Origin: a virus
IMG/VR virus record: IMGVR_UViG_3300045988_150292
Location: 1-64,000 of that record
Length of the DNA stretch: 64,000 nt
Reading direction: 5' to 3' (one strand)
How positions within the stretch are numbered: the first letter of the stretch is position 1; every line of letters starts with the position of its first letter. Of the stretch, positions 44,571-55,011 are shown piece by piece. The position numbers and the translations under genes are program-made. The notes below the pieces were generated by a model. The model was not told the origin of the DNA. It did not search any database and saw nothing but the letters and a program-made list of their open reading frames with translations.

Positions 44571-46211
44571 ATGGAGACTTTTACTGGACTTAAACTTGAC
44601 AATGGAGCTCCTGTTTATACGCAGGAGTACATACAATCTCTGCGCGACGCTGACCGCAAGCATCCTGACAGACTCAAAATCGTGGCGCAGCGTGGAGGAC
44701 AGGAACGTATGCTCTCTATCAACGCTGACATCAAAATTGTTGGAGGTTCAAGAGGTGGTTCTAAATCGTTCTCTTCTCTCATGGAGGTTCTGAAAGACAT
44801 CAAGAAACCTGACTTCCATGCAGTTATTGTCAGAAAGGAGAAGGATGACTTGCAGTCGCTGATTACCGACTCTTACACGCTGTTCTCGCAGTTCGGCACT
44901 TACAACAAGTCTCCGAACGACATGACTTGGAACTTCACTAACGGAGGATGGCTGAAATTCTCGTATTACTCCGGGTCATTCAAGGACTTCAAGGACAGGT
45001 TCCAGGGAAGGCAGTTCGCATATATCTGCATTGATGAGGGTACGCAGTGCCCGTACAAGAAATTCAAATACCTGCTCACAAACAACCGTAACGCGGCGCA
45101 CATAAGAAACAGATTCTGGATCACTTGCAACCCGGACCCGGAATCCTGGGTGAGGAAGTTCATCGACTGGGGGGTGGACGAGGACGGATATATCATACCT
45201 GAACGTGATGGTGTCATAAGGTATTGCTTTATGGATGGCTACACACCGGACTCGATATACTGGGGTAACACCAGAGAGGAGGTCTACGAACAGTGCTCAC
45301 ACCTCATAGACAGACTATGGAACAAATACAGGGACAGCTATGAACCGCTTGGGTACACGAAATATGACGTGTTCATAAAATCGGCAACATTCATAAGGGC
45401 TGACGTTTCGGAGAACATAAAGCTGATTTCTACCGACCCTTCGTATATAGCGAACCTCGCACAGCAGGACGAGGAGCAGAGAATGCGCGACCTTGAGGGT
45501 AACTGGAACTGGAAAGCGGCGGGCGATGACTTGATAAAGATGGGGGACATGGAGGCTGTCTTTGAAAACGCAGAGCAGGAGGGGGACGGTATCGACAGGG
45601 CATCGGCGGACATCGCCTTCACTGGTGGCGACAACTTCGTGATGTGGCACTGGAAAGGATTCCACATCAAGGACCTTGTGGTTTTGAGACTCGACGCAAA
45701 GAGACTGGTGTCGTGCATTCAGACGAAACTCAGGGAGTGGGGAGTGGAGGAGTGTAACTTCACATACGACTTGCAGGGTATCGGACAGTACCTCAAAGGA
45801 TTCATGCCGGAGGCTGTGCCGTTCAACAACCAGGCGGCACCGATGGCGAAGAACAAAAAGGAACAGGAGGGAGTGAAATACTTGTACAAGAACCTGAAAT
45901 CGCAATGCGCATGGCTGTTCTACAGGCTTGTCAAGGACAAAGGGCTGTCAATAGACAGGGGGCTGCTTGACAGGAAATTCTCTGGTGACGGCTTCAAGAA
46001 CTGGACTCTGAGGCAGATTCTGCAGAAGGAGAGGAAAATGCTACGGCGTGACGAGAACGGGGATGACAAGGGATTCAACCTGCTGGCAAAGACCAAGGCG
46101 AAGAAATATGTCGGACACTCGCCTGACTTCTTCGAGTCGCTGATATACATGATGATTTTCTCACTCACAAAAACTAAAAACAAAAATATTAAAGGATTAT
46201 GGAGGATTTGA
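44571..46211 (+). CDS. terL: Terminase large subunit
   Basis: Walker A GGSRGGSKS, Walker B FAYICIDEG, and a C-terminal nuclease-like half. The portal gene follows. Confidence 0.8.
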   Translation: METFTGLKLDNGAPVYTQEYIQSLRDADRKHPDRLKIVAQRGGQERMLSINADIKIVGGSRGGSKSFSSLMEVLKDIKKPDFHAVIVRKEKDDLQSLITDSYTLFSQFGTYNKSPNDMTWNFTNGGWLKFSYYSGSFKDFKDRFQGRQFAYICIDEGTQCPYKKFKYLLTNNRNAAHIRNRFWITCNPDPESWVRKFIDWGVDEDGYIIPERDGVIRYCFMDGYTPDSIYWGNTREEVYEQCSHLIDRLWNKYRDSYEPLGYTKYDVFIKSATFIRADVSENIKLISTDPSYIANLAQQDEEQRMRDLEGNWNWKAAGDDLIKMGDMEAVFENAEQEGDGIDRASADIAFTGGDNFVMWHWKGFHIKDLVVLRLDAKRLVSCIQTKLREWGVEECNFTYDLQGIGQYLKGFMPEAVPFNNQAAPMAKNKKEQEGVKYLYKNLKSQCAWLFYRLVKDKGLSIDRGLLDRKFSGDGFKNWTLRQILQKERKMLRRDENGDDKGFNLLAKTKAKKYVGHSPDFFESLIYMMIFSLTKTKNKNIKGLWRI

Positions 46212-47911
46212 AAGTAACGGATTTGAGGGAACTGCTCGTGAAAAAGCCGTTCTTCGAAGTGACGCCTAAAGGCTACATGAAACACGACCTGTTCAACAGG
46301 GAGGTGACGGACAAGGAGAACCCTTCGATGCCGGAGGACACGCTCTACAGAAGGATCAAGACGCAGGCGGACTTCCTCAGGGAGTTCTATCCTTCTGGAC
46401 ACCGCATCTGGGATGAGGAGGAATATCCTGACATATACAAGCAGAACCCGGAGGACGGGAAATGGTACGTACAGAAGATAATGAGGACGGCGTTCGCATT
46501 CCAGTTCCTGATATGGGTGAAGCATGTACTGCACGTGACGGGAAATGACATCCAGTTCGAACTTACCGACAGCGAAAACGATAAGGGCATCGAAGATGAC
46601 CTGAAACTGCTTTCCAAGTTCAAGAAGGGATGGCTGACACACAACGTCGAGATAAGGTTCTTCGAAGCGGTTTGTGCGTATATGAAGGTCGCCGAGGGGG
46701 CTATTGTGGGTTTCTTTGACAAAAACAAGAGGTTTGGACTGAAAACTCTGTCTTACGATAACGGGGACATTTTATACCCGCATTATGACTCGCTGACAGG
46801 TGAGACGGCAGCTTTCGCAAGAAAATACTACGACTATGATGATGACGGAAAGGAAATCACTGAATGGGTCGAAGTGTGGGATGACAGGAAATTCTACAGG
46901 TTCAAGAAGGGACTCGGTAAAGGGAAACTGGCTAATACGGTCGTAAGGATAGCGAGGATTTTCGGAATCAGTGACTATACGCTTGTCAATGAGGAACTGC
47001 ACGGATTCCTGTTCGTGCCTGTGGCTTACAAAAGGAATGATGACGGACCGTGCTGGAGCCCGGTGCAGAGAAACATTGAAGACTATGAGGAGGCGTATGC
47101 TTACCTGTGCGAGAACAACAAGGCGTATGCGTTCCCTATACTGTCTCTGACGGGTGACGGAGAGAGCATTTCTGTGACAGGAGACAATACGGGAGCGGCT
47201 AAGACTATTCTTATCACCGACCCTGACGGAAAAGCGCAGTTCCTCAACGGAACGGATGCATCTAACGCTTTCGCAACTCAGCTGAACAAATCGTATGACC
47301 TTATTTATGAATTGTCGTTCACTGTAAAGCCTCCTGAGCTGAAATCGGGTGACTTGCCTGGGGTCGCTCTGAAACTGCTGTATTCTCCGGCTATAGAAAT
47401 GGCTACCAATGATGCACAGAAACTGCAGCCGTTCCTCGACCAGATTGTGCGTATTTGCAAGTTCGGAATAGGAACAGAGGAGGACTGCATGGCGTCGATG
47501 ACGGGGTTGTCTGTAAACGCATGGATTGAACCGTATGTGCATCAGAATGACACGGAGCTGGTGACGAACCTCGCAACGGCGGTACAGAACAGCTTCCTGT
47601 CGAAACAGACGGCTTCGGAACGTAATTCCAAGTTCAGCAAGAATGATGAGTTTACTCGCATCATGAGGGAAAAGAAGGAGGAGCAACAGCAGGATCTGCT
47701 TATGGACATCGAAAGGGCGGACAACGAGACGGAAAACGCTATCCAACAACAGAAGGAAGCGGCAAAGATAAACCAACAGTCTTCGGGAAGCGATATGAAT
47801 ACCGGTAACGGAAGGAAAGCGGGAAGACCGAACAAGTCCGGAAAGGAATATGACGAAAACAGAAACTGGGACGGACGCAACAACTGGCAGAATTACAACC
47901 GTAGTCATTGA
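46199..47911 (+). CDS. Portal protein
   Basis: 570 aa, directly after TerL with an overlap. Acidic, Q-rich C-terminus. Confidence 0.65.
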   Translation: MEDLKVTDLRELLVKKPFFEVTPKGYMKHDLFNREVTDKENPSMPEDTLYRRIKTQADFLREFYPSGHRIWDEEEYPDIYKQNPEDGKWYVQKIMRTAFAFQFLIWVKHVLHVTGNDIQFELTDSENDKGIEDDLKLLSKFKKGWLTHNVEIRFFEAVCAYMKVAEGAIVGFFDKNKRFGLKTLSYDNGDILYPHYDSLTGETAAFARKYYDYDDDGKEITEWVEVWDDRKFYRFKKGLGKGKLANTVVRIARIFGISDYTLVNEELHGFLFVPVAYKRNDDGPCWSPVQRNIEDYEEAYAYLCENNKAYAFPILSLTGDGESISVTGDNTGAAKTILITDPDGKAQFLNGTDASNAFATQLNKSYDLIYELSFTVKPPELKSGDLPGVALKLLYSPAIEMATNDAQKLQPFLDQIVRICKFGIGTEEDCMASMTGLSVNAWIEPYVHQNDTELVTNLATAVQNSFLSKQTASERNSKFSKNDEFTRIMREKKEEQQQDLLMDIERADNETENAIQQQKEAAKINQQSSGSDMNTGNGRKAGRPNKSGKEYDENRNWDGRNNWQNYNRSH

Positions 47912-48690
47912 TGCTTATGGACGAGAAAAGACGTGGAGCTGAATATGCGGCGAAAAGGGCGCAGGCTCTCAGAAACATGGAACGAAGAATACAGAAAGAA
48001 CTGTTCCCAAAAGCGAAGCTCATCATTGCAGCGGCAAGGAAATACCGGCGCGGAAACAAACTCTACAGACAGGAGAAGCTGCTTGAAGAGGCGAGGGGGA
48101 TAACGAGAGAGGCGGCAGGGAACATCTTGAAGTTCACGGAGGCTTATGCCTACGCTTCGGCTGACATTCTCGGCACTGAAGGGAACGGCATCGCTTCCCT
48201 GCTCTCCGGGAAGGTGTACGGAAGGACCATCAGCGAGAGGATGATGGCGTACCTTGACAATTTCGCAGAGGATATGGTGAGAATGGTCAAGGCTGGCGTG
48301 ATGATGGACTACAAGGAGGAGCAGATTCTTTCGGCTATAAGGACTGGCTATAAGGACCCTTACCGAACTTCGGTAATCACAAAGGCGAGGAGAAAGGATG
48401 TTAACATCGCTACGCCTTCTTACGGGAAGGGTGTATTCCGCAATGCATACAGGAACATCGTCAGAAACTCTACGCAGGTGATTGCATTGGCGTGGGGACT
48501 GGCAGAGAAGGAATATGGCATGGAAATGGAAGCTGTCGGATTCCGGGTGTATCGGGGGTCAAGCTTTCCGTGCGACCAATGCGACCATGAGTGTTCTTAT
48601 GTTCACAAATGGACGGACCCGTTCCCGCCTTTCCACGTATCGTGCGTGTGCTATGTGGAGTTTGTGTTTGAAGATGATTTAATTTCTTGA
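47908..48690 (+). CDS. Head morphogenesis protein (Mu F / SPP1 gp7-like)
   Basis: Lies after the portal gene. The C-terminal FPCDQCDHEC...PPFHVSCVCYV motif is typical of MuF-like proteins. Confidence 0.6.
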   Translation: MMLMDEKRRGAEYAAKRAQALRNMERRIQKELFPKAKLIIAAARKYRRGNKLYRQEKLLEEARGITREAAGNILKFTEAYAYASADILGTEGNGIASLLSGKVYGRTISERMMAYLDNFAEDMVRMVKAGVMMDYKEEQILSAIRTGYKDPYRTSVITKARRKDVNIATPSYGKGVFRNAYRNIVRNSTQVIALAWGLAEKEYGMEMEAVGFRVYRGSSFPCDQCDHECSYVHKWTDPFPPFHVSCVCYVEFVFEDDLIS

Positions 48691-48696
48691 AGATAA

Positions 48697-49215
48697 TTGT
48701 GTATGGATGGATATACTTTGACGGTACAGGCGCTGAAAACAGCGAAATCGTATGGAATGAAGGCACCGGAATATCTTATTTACGCTGACCTCAGAGCAGC
48801 GGGATGGTGCAAGCGTGATGCATGGAGCGTGGCGTTCCAGGGAATAGGGCTGAACTGGGAGAAAGCGGAGCTTGAAAGGGAGATGAACAAGCTGGAGGCG
48901 CTCGGCTCGGTGCAGAGGCGCGTGGCGGAACAACAGGAGAAAAGCAGAGGGGATGAAATATCTCCGGAGGAACTGGCGAAGGAGACTTCAAAGGAGACTA
49001 TTCTCAAAAAACTGGTAAGGGCAGAGAAAAAGGCTAAATTCGGCTCTACGGAGTGGATGAAGATTGTGGCGCTTGAAGCTGACTACAACAAGATTAAGCA
49101 GGATGAGATTGATACGGAGAACAATACCGTACACTATTACTTGCCTAAAGACTATCCTACGTGCAAGGAGGACTGTCTGTTGTTCAAGAACAATCTCTGC
49201 AAAGGGGGAAAATAG
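48697..49215 (+). CDS. Hypothetical protein; possible small terminase subunit
   Basis: 172 aa. An N-terminal HTH-like part (EYLIYADLRAAGWCKRDAWSVAF) is followed by a coiled coil. No other TerS candidate lies near TerL. Confidence 0.3.
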   Translation: MCMDGYTLTVQALKTAKSYGMKAPEYLIYADLRAAGWCKRDAWSVAFQGIGLNWEKAELEREMNKLEALGSVQRRVAEQQEKSRGDEISPEELAKETSKETILKKLVRAEKKAKFGSTEWMKIVALEADYNKIKQDEIDTENNTVHYYLPKDYPTCKEDCLLFKNNLCKGGK

Positions 49216-49334
49216 TTAATTTAATGTTAAAGGCAACAGGCAATTGGGAATAAGTGGAAGAATTGGTTACTTTTGCAACAACTTTTAATGAGCGGGGAGC
49301 TTTCCTCGTTTCATAATTCTAAAATTTTCAGTTG

Positions 49335-49367
49335 AGGCGGTGCTGTGAAGCATCGCCTTCTTTTATT
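49335..49367 (+). terminator. Intrinsic terminator at a convergent junction
   Basis: 9-bp stem AGGCGGTGC/GCATCGCCT with a 6-nt loop, followed by TCTTTTATTT. Confidence 0.6.
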
Positions 49368-49560
49368 TGTACTCCTTGCCGGTGATGCGCTCAAGAATGG
49401 CGAAGAATGTTTCGTTCACAAGACTGTCACTGAAAAGCGGAAGGCTGCTTTCTGGTGGAAGTTGTCTGGTTCCCAAAGACCAAAGGATAATGCGCATGGC
49501 TTGCTCCATAGCGTAGCGGTCTTCTATGATTTCTACAAGTCTGTCAATTCCGTTGATCAT
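49363..49560 (-). CDS. Small hypothetical protein
   Basis: 65-aa ORF overlapping the end of the upstream gene. Confidence 0.4.
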   Translation of the reverse strand: MINGIDRLVEIIEDRYAMEQAMRIILWSLGTRQLPPESSLPLFSDSLVNETFFAILERITGKEYK

Positions 49561-50116
49561 CTCCTGTCTCCTTTCTCATTATTTCTTCTGCCATGTCAAG
49601 AAGGGTATTGGCGTGGGTCTCTCTCGCTGCGGTTTCTTCAACGGCGGCTTCGTTCTCCTTGCGAAGTTCTTCGTCGCTCTTGCCGGTATCGGCTTTCTTG
49701 TTCAGCTCCTTGCCTGCACGGTCAAGGTATTCTGACAGGAGCTTCTGTTTGGCTACCTGGTATTCGTAGTCACCTACAACGGTGGTGTCGGCGAACATCG
49801 CAACGAACATGGCTTCGGCGTTCTTGGCTTCTACTCCATACAACTGTCTCTCGCCGGTTTCGTCCATAACAACACGCAGTGCGTCGATGGCGTCATACAT
49901 GGATGTGCCCATGATATACTCAACCGACCACGAACCGCTGATTGTACCTACCTTGATGAAAGGCAGTGTACGGCCGTTGCCAAGATGTTTCTGCACTTTC
50001 CTGGGGATGCCTGACGCGTTTCTCAAACGGCTAAGTTCTTTCTTGCCAAGACCTTTGGCATACTTCAAGATGTAGTAGTTGCCTACTTTGACTTTTACTC
50101 CAAACTCTAATTTCAT
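49544..50116 (-). CDS. Hypothetical protein
   Basis: 190-aa ORF with an acidic C-terminal tail. Confidence 0.5.
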   Translation of the reverse strand: MKLEFGVKVKVGNYYILKYAKGLGKKELSRLRNASGIPRKVQKHLGNGRTLPFIKVGTISGSWSVEYIMGTSMYDAIDALRVVMDETGERQLYGVEAKNAEAMFVAMFADTTVVGDYEYQVAKQKLLSEYLDRAGKELNKKADTGKSDEELRKENEAAVEETAARETHANTLLDMAEEIMRKETGDDQRN

Positions 50117-50133
50117 ATTCCTCTTTTTTTATG

Positions 50134-50586
50134 TTATAAATTCTGTCTTCTTCCGTACTCGCAAATAAGCAGGGCGTCGCAGGTGGCAAGCGTTATCTTC
50201 TTGCCCAAATGCGGGAACATCTGCTGCGCCTTGGCTTTTAGCCTGTTCTTCCACTCTGTCTTTGTGTACTTGCCGCTGCTGCCAAGCTGGTATGCCTTCT
50301 CCCACTTGTTCGGCGTGACGTCTTCTGTGGGGATATGCAGGGCGAGCAACGCCATCTGCAGGTGGCCGTAGCCCTTGCCGAAGTTGAACATCGCACTGCC
50401 GCCGTTGCCGGGCATTCCGCCTACTCGCTCCAGTGTGCAGAAGCTGTCGTCCTTGTACTGCTCCAGGAAGTCAAGCAAATCCTGCGGCGTTTCCGGCATC
50501 TTCACTACATCAAGCACCTCCCCGTCGGCTCCCATCACTGCGATGCCACCGTGCTTGCCTGGGTCTATTCCTATATATCTCTTCAT
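50134..50586 (-). CDS. RuvC-like Holliday junction resolvase
   Basis: RYIGIDPGKHGGIAV (catalytic Asp), CTLERVGG, and a C-terminal ATCDALLICEYG, as in phage RuvC-type resolvases. Confidence 0.7.
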   Translation of the reverse strand: MKRYIGIDPGKHGGIAVMGADGEVLDVVKMPETPQDLLDFLEQYKDDSFCTLERVGGMPGNGGSAMFNFGKGYGHLQMALLALHIPTEDVTPNKWEKAYQLGSSGKYTKTEWKNRLKAKAQQMFPHLGKKITLATCDALLICEYGRRQNL

Positions 50587-51116
50587 TTCTCCTCCTTTCT
50601 TTCAAGTTCCATAATCGTCAGGATGGCGTAGTTTGCAAGGTCTTTAAGACTGTCCTTCATCCCTTCGCCTTTCACCTTCGCCTCATCCTTCATAAGCGAC
50701 TTCACTCGCTCCAGTTTCTCCTTCATGTGTCCGTAGGCGTATGTCATGCCGCACTCCTTGAACAGATTGCTGAAGCTATTCCCGTAGTCTTGATTCTTAG
50801 CCTTATAGGTATCGAGCATCTTGTCAGTGATAGTTTTGAAGCAGTCTGCATCGCTTTTCTCGGTTTCTGTTTTAAAAACCAAGAGATCAGCAACCTTCGC
50901 CAGTGAGACTATATCCACATTATAGGAATACAACGTAGATATGGTTGCTTTAATCCTACACATTTTGTTTCCTATATCAATAATCTTGATGAAGAACGAA
51001 CCAATATTATGTAGAGGATCTATTACGTCAACAAACGACAAACTTGTAATCTCTATCAAATCAAACCTCTCTATCTGCAAGATTGAACCAACCTTAATAT
51101 ATTCTTCCTTAATCAT
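50583..51116 (-). CDS. DUF1599-like domain protein with an AT-rich N-terminal extension
   Basis: The C-terminal half (KAKNQDYGNSF...MKEKLERVKSL...SLKDLANYAILTIMEL) resembles DUF1599. The N-terminal ~90 aa are encoded by much more AT-rich DNA. Confidence 0.5.
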   Translation of the reverse strand: MIKEEYIKVGSILQIERFDLIEITSLSFVDVIDPLHNIGSFFIKIIDIGNKMCRIKATISTLYSYNVDIVSLAKVADLLVFKTETEKSDADCFKTITDKMLDTYKAKNQDYGNSFSNLFKECGMTYAYGHMKEKLERVKSLMKDEAKVKGEGMKDSLKDLANYAILTIMELERKEEK

Positions 51117-51119
51117 AAT

Positions 51120-51464
51120 CTATTCCTCCTCTTGAAACGTATGAATCTTTTGAATCATATCCTTAGGCGGATTATGGAAGAGAATAATGCAGAAGTCGCC
51201 ATGCTCTTTCGTATGCACCTTTTTCAGGCCACAACCGACAAGCCAGCCAGCACCATTAATAAACGGTTTAAGAATCTCGTGTACCGCACTCTTTGCGTCC
51301 GGCTTAACGATAATAACTCCGCCGGTCTTACGAAGCCCTTCAAGTTTCTCCCACTGGGCTTCAATATTTTTATCACCTACAAAAAGCTCGTATCCATAAG
51401 GATTAACAACCTCTTTGTCTATACCCATTCCCTCTACAATTTCTATTACAATAATCGGTTTCAT
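51120..51464 (-). CDS. Hypothetical protein
   Basis: 114-aa ORF, AT-rich. Confidence 0.45.
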   Translation of the reverse strand: MKPIIVIEIVEGMGIDKEVVNPYGYELFVGDKNIEAQWEKLEGLRKTGGVIIVKPDAKSAVHEILKPFINGAGWLVGCGLKKVHTKEHGDFCIILFHNPPKDMIQKIHTFQEEE

Positions 51465-51469
51465 ATTTC

Positions 51470-51817
51470 TTATTCTTTTATATCTTTAATTTCAATAAAA
51501 TTACCAATGCCCAAACGAGCCTTGTTGATGCAAGATGCAATCCAACCCATAAGGTAGGCGGAAGCCTCATGGCAACAAAGCCCCATCTTCATAGAACCCT
51601 TGCTTTCAAAATTAATAAATGAACAAATCTTCTTATTCGCCTTATCTCTAACGCAATCGTAGGTTACTGCGTCATAATTAGTGAAATCAACCATCAAAAC
51701 CTCGCCATTTCTGCCTTCAAAACACTTATTAGCGTCCTCTTGGTTCATACCAATAGCGACACACAACCTCCTCGGATAGATAACAGGGTCGTATTCGTAA
51801 TATCCTTTCTTCTTCAT
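51470..51817 (-). CDS. Hypothetical protein
   Basis: 115-aa ORF, AT-rich. Confidence 0.45.
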   Translation of the reverse strand: MKKKGYYEYDPVIYPRRLCVAIGMNQEDANKCFEGRNGEVLMVDFTNYDAVTYDCVRDKANKKICSFINFESKGSMKMGLCCHEASAYLMGWIASCINKARLGIGNFIEIKDIKE

Positions 51818-52170
51818 TATAATTCACGAATTAGCTTAGTTATACGTTTGTATACCTTGATCATTGGAGCATTAAAAAATTCAGTTTTAACAATATATGT
51901 TCTACCTTGTTTTATAACTCCAACAAGTTGAGGATTAGCCCATATCCCATACAAATCTATACGATACGCCCCCTTGTCTGTAGCCACAAGATAATAGGTC
52001 TCTGTGCTAAACTTTTCTTTGCTTCCAGACGTTTCTACGATTTTGTCTACAGAGTACACCGTAATGGTGTCATACAACTCACGATTGCCCTCTTGGAATC
52101 TCTGATCCCTGCTGCACATTGCCAATAGCAACGTCATAGCGATTAATGCAATGAATAAATATTTCCTCAT
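51817..52170 (-). CDS. Lipoprotein
   Basis: Signal peptide with lipobox LAMC (MRKYLFIALIAMTLLLAMCS). Confidence 0.55.
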   Translation of the reverse strand: MRKYLFIALIAMTLLLAMCSRDQRFQEGNRELYDTITVYSVDKIVETSGSKEKFSTETYYLVATDKGAYRIDLYGIWANPQLVGVIKQGRTYIVKTEFFNAPMIKVYKRITKLIREL

Positions 52171-52280
52171 ATCTCAACTATTTTATTATTAAAAATCCAG
52201 TTTCTTCCTCAATGGCTCGCTCAGTTTCTGTATCACCTCGCTATAATCAAATGTCATCTCTGAATTTATCATCATCTATA

Positions 52281-52493
52281 CTATCTTTTATGTCCTATAT
52301 GCCACATACTGCATACATGGCACTTGTATACTGTCATTCCCTGTCCGGCAAGTCTCGGATTCTGCTGCAGGTATTCCCATGCTTCATCCTCGCTCCTGTA
52401 CGCCACCTTAGCCTTCCACGACCTCGACTTCCTCGTCCAGTGCTCAGAGTCTGGAGTGAAAGGAGGCATCTTGTTCCTGTATCTCCCCGCCAT
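52281..52493 (-). CDS. Small conserved phage protein
   Basis: 70 aa. The C-terminal YKCHVCSMWHIGH motif suggests a zinc-binding-like fold. Confidence 0.45.
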   Translation of the reverse strand: MAGRYRNKMPPFTPDSEHWTRKSRSWKAKVAYRSEDEAWEYLQQNPRLAGQGMTVYKCHVCSMWHIGHKR

Positions 52494-52494
52494 A

Positions 52495-54042
52495 TCAGTC
52501 GTCGTCTCTGATGAAACTCTCGCTGTCCTCCTTCTTCACCGGAAGCTCGGAAAGCAACACCTGCTCCATAACCCTATCCTCAGTGGCTCCGTATACCTTA
52601 TAGACCATGCCGGAAGGTGTCTTCCTCTTGAAGAAACGCTCCTTGTCCCTCATAAGCCTGCCGAAACGCTGTATAGAAGGGATGTCCCTCTCGTCAACGT
52701 CATTGTCCCTGCAGAACGTAGTGAAGCTCGTATACATCTTCGCAGCGGGTATCTCAACGCCTATCTCGTTCTGCGCCTCCTTGCCCGGACGCATACCGTA
52801 AGCCGCTACCCAGGCAGTAATTGGCTGGCTGCTCATCAGACTCAACAGCTTCTGCCTGTCGTTCAAGTCTGACTCCGGGAACACGAAACGACGCTTCCTC
52901 AGCTCCTGTGCACCGCGAAGGACCCAGTTGAAGACTCCGCTGAGCTCGGAAGAGACTATCTTTGAAGACAATGCCTTGTCCTCCTTCTCCTTGGGGACTA
53001 CGACGTTGAAGCTCACGAACTGAAGCCTTCGTATGAATCCGAAAGAGGCATCCTCGGAAAAAGGAAGCTCGTTCATGTTGAAGATCATATACGGAAGCCT
53101 GCGGGTCTCAAGGATATTCTTCCCCAATTCCCTCATAGGGACAGGCTCTCCGCTGACAAGTCTCTTGAACATTCCGTTGTCTCCCCTGCCGAACTTCTTA
53201 GCGTCAGAGTCCATTGACCAGTTGAAGATGGCGTTCCTTATAGGGAACCTCCCTCTCATTCCCTCGTCTCCCTGCGCAGTCAGCGCCCCGTAGTCCATGG
53301 AACTTATCCTCTCCTTGCCGAAAAGGGCACTCATGACCTCATACACTACGCTCTTGCCGTTCTTTCCGGTACCGAGGAGTATAAGGCACAACTCTATCTT
53401 GGAAGTCGTCTTCCCGTCATATTTGTTATACGCATCACCCCTCTGCACAAGACCGAGTCCGAGGAACATCTGAAGTATCAGACGGGAGGTCTTGTCCGGA
53501 AGCATCTCGTGAAGGAAACTCTGCCATCTCAAACACTTCGCCTTGGGGTCGAAATCATAAGGGTGGTAGTATATGACGTGCCACTCGGGACCGAATGGCA
53601 TCACCTGAGGGTCTATCCTGTTAGTGCCGAAATCAACAACACCGTTCTTGAAAGCTACGACATCAAACTGCGGACTCAATACATTATACAGCTTTATCGT
53701 AGCCAGAAACACATCCCTCATCACTGTAACGTTGTCAACCATCCTCGCAAGCGCAAGACCTTCAAGCAACAGCCTGTACGCCTGCTTCACCACATCATCG
53801 TCACACCTCTCGTATATCACTCCGTTGAAAAGATAGAAACTGCCGTTATACCACTTCACAGGACAGTCCTTCGCAAGCTCCCTTATGCCACGGCAGAAAG
53901 AAAGCTTCTTGCTGTTATACAACTCACCATTGGTACGTCCCCACTCACTCCGCAGAGAGTCAAGACCGTAACGCGGATTCCTCGACAACGTAAGCAACTG
54001 CTGGTACAGAGTGTCTATCATCAATCCTGTATTCCTGCTCAT
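52495..54042 (-). CDS. P4-type primase/helicase (D5-like SF3 NTPase)
   Basis: Walker A LLGTGKNGKS and Walker B-like IFNWSMDSD. Layout matches the phage/plasmid primase P4 C-terminal domain. Confidence 0.7.
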   Translation of the reverse strand: MSRNTGLMIDTLYQQLLTLSRNPRYGLDSLRSEWGRTNGELYNSKKLSFCRGIRELAKDCPVKWYNGSFYLFNGVIYERCDDDVVKQAYRLLLEGLALARMVDNVTVMRDVFLATIKLYNVLSPQFDVVAFKNGVVDFGTNRIDPQVMPFGPEWHVIYYHPYDFDPKAKCLRWQSFLHEMLPDKTSRLILQMFLGLGLVQRGDAYNKYDGKTTSKIELCLILLGTGKNGKSVVYEVMSALFGKERISSMDYGALTAQGDEGMRGRFPIRNAIFNWSMDSDAKKFGRGDNGMFKRLVSGEPVPMRELGKNILETRRLPYMIFNMNELPFSEDASFGFIRRLQFVSFNVVVPKEKEDKALSSKIVSSELSGVFNWVLRGAQELRKRRFVFPESDLNDRQKLLSLMSSQPITAWVAAYGMRPGKEAQNEIGVEIPAAKMYTSFTTFCRDNDVDERDIPSIQRFGRLMRDKERFFKRKTPSGMVYKVYGATEDRVMEQVLLSELPVKKEDSESFIRDDD

Positions 54043-54589
54043 ATCAATTCTCTCTTCTCCTCATTTCACAATTATATTATACAATACGCTAAATACATCA
54101 AAACACACGCAAAAACATATGTAAAAACGTATATCCAATGTAAAAATGCACATTATGATTATTCAGTGCACACTTCTGAACATTGTAGAAGATTGACGTT
54201 TTTCATCAAGTCGTTGAAAACCAATGATTTACGAAATTATCCATACCCGTGGTTTTTTGCCTAACCCAATTTTAACTTCAATCTATTGTATAGCAAAGAT
54301 AAGAAAAATTTCTATAAATATGCAGAAGTACTTTAAAATAAGGGGATTATTATGCATTGTTAACATACATAATATGTAGGATAAATATGCTAAGACAAAA
54401 TCTGACATTTTGAGTGTTTGACCACACTCATATTTTCAAAACAAGCCCCTCTGTATACTTATGCAAAATAACAGGTGTTAACAATCAATGAATAAATCTT
54501 GACAATTAACCTAAATTTGCAGTTGAGAAAAACAAGAAAAAGAAAAAATTTTTGTGGGGTGAGTGACCGCGAAAGCGCCCATTTCCCAT

Positions 54590-54598
54590 GGGGGGGGG
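54590..54598 (+). repeat. Poly-G tract (9 nt) in a GC-rich islet of the AT-rich control region
   Basis: CCCATGGGGGGGGGTGGGTG, preceded by a CGC-GAAA-GCG tetraloop hairpin. Confidence 0.9.
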
Positions 54599-55003
54599 TG
54601 GGTGTCCTTCATTTTTGGTGTCATACCAACACTTATTAAACGTCTATCACACACGTTAAACTATGTTATTTTAGATAACCTTGTTTTGTAAAGATTTTTT
54701 CACACTTTGAAAACCCTTTGTTACTTTTGTAATTATATTTTGTAACCCTCTGTCCTTCAACCACTTACATCCGTATATTAATTCTTTTCTTTTGTATATA
54801 TATCCACAAAAGGCTGAATATTGTATAATTGTATTTACACACTCAAACGTTATCATTATTTAATTAAACTTATATAAAATTCACTCTGTTATTGACCCTC
54901 TTTTGTTAACACACCTTTCGTTTCTTAATTTATATTTTGTGTTTATTGTGTAACTTATTGAATATCAGTTATTTACACGTTAGGTTAAAAATCTAAATTT
55001 TTG

Positions 55004-55011
55004 TATATTTG
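55004..55011 (+). promoter_or_regulatory. -7 box TATATTTG; candidate promoter of the + strand early array
   Basis: Matches TAnnTTTG with a TTTTTG stretch just upstream. No + strand gene lies before it in the 1-kb gap. Confidence 0.45.

Noticed and set aside
54671-54856. A 61-aa minus-strand ORF in the AT-rich control region
   Set aside because: An ORF of this size is expected by chance in AT-poor-stop context. It has no recognisable start context or similarity.
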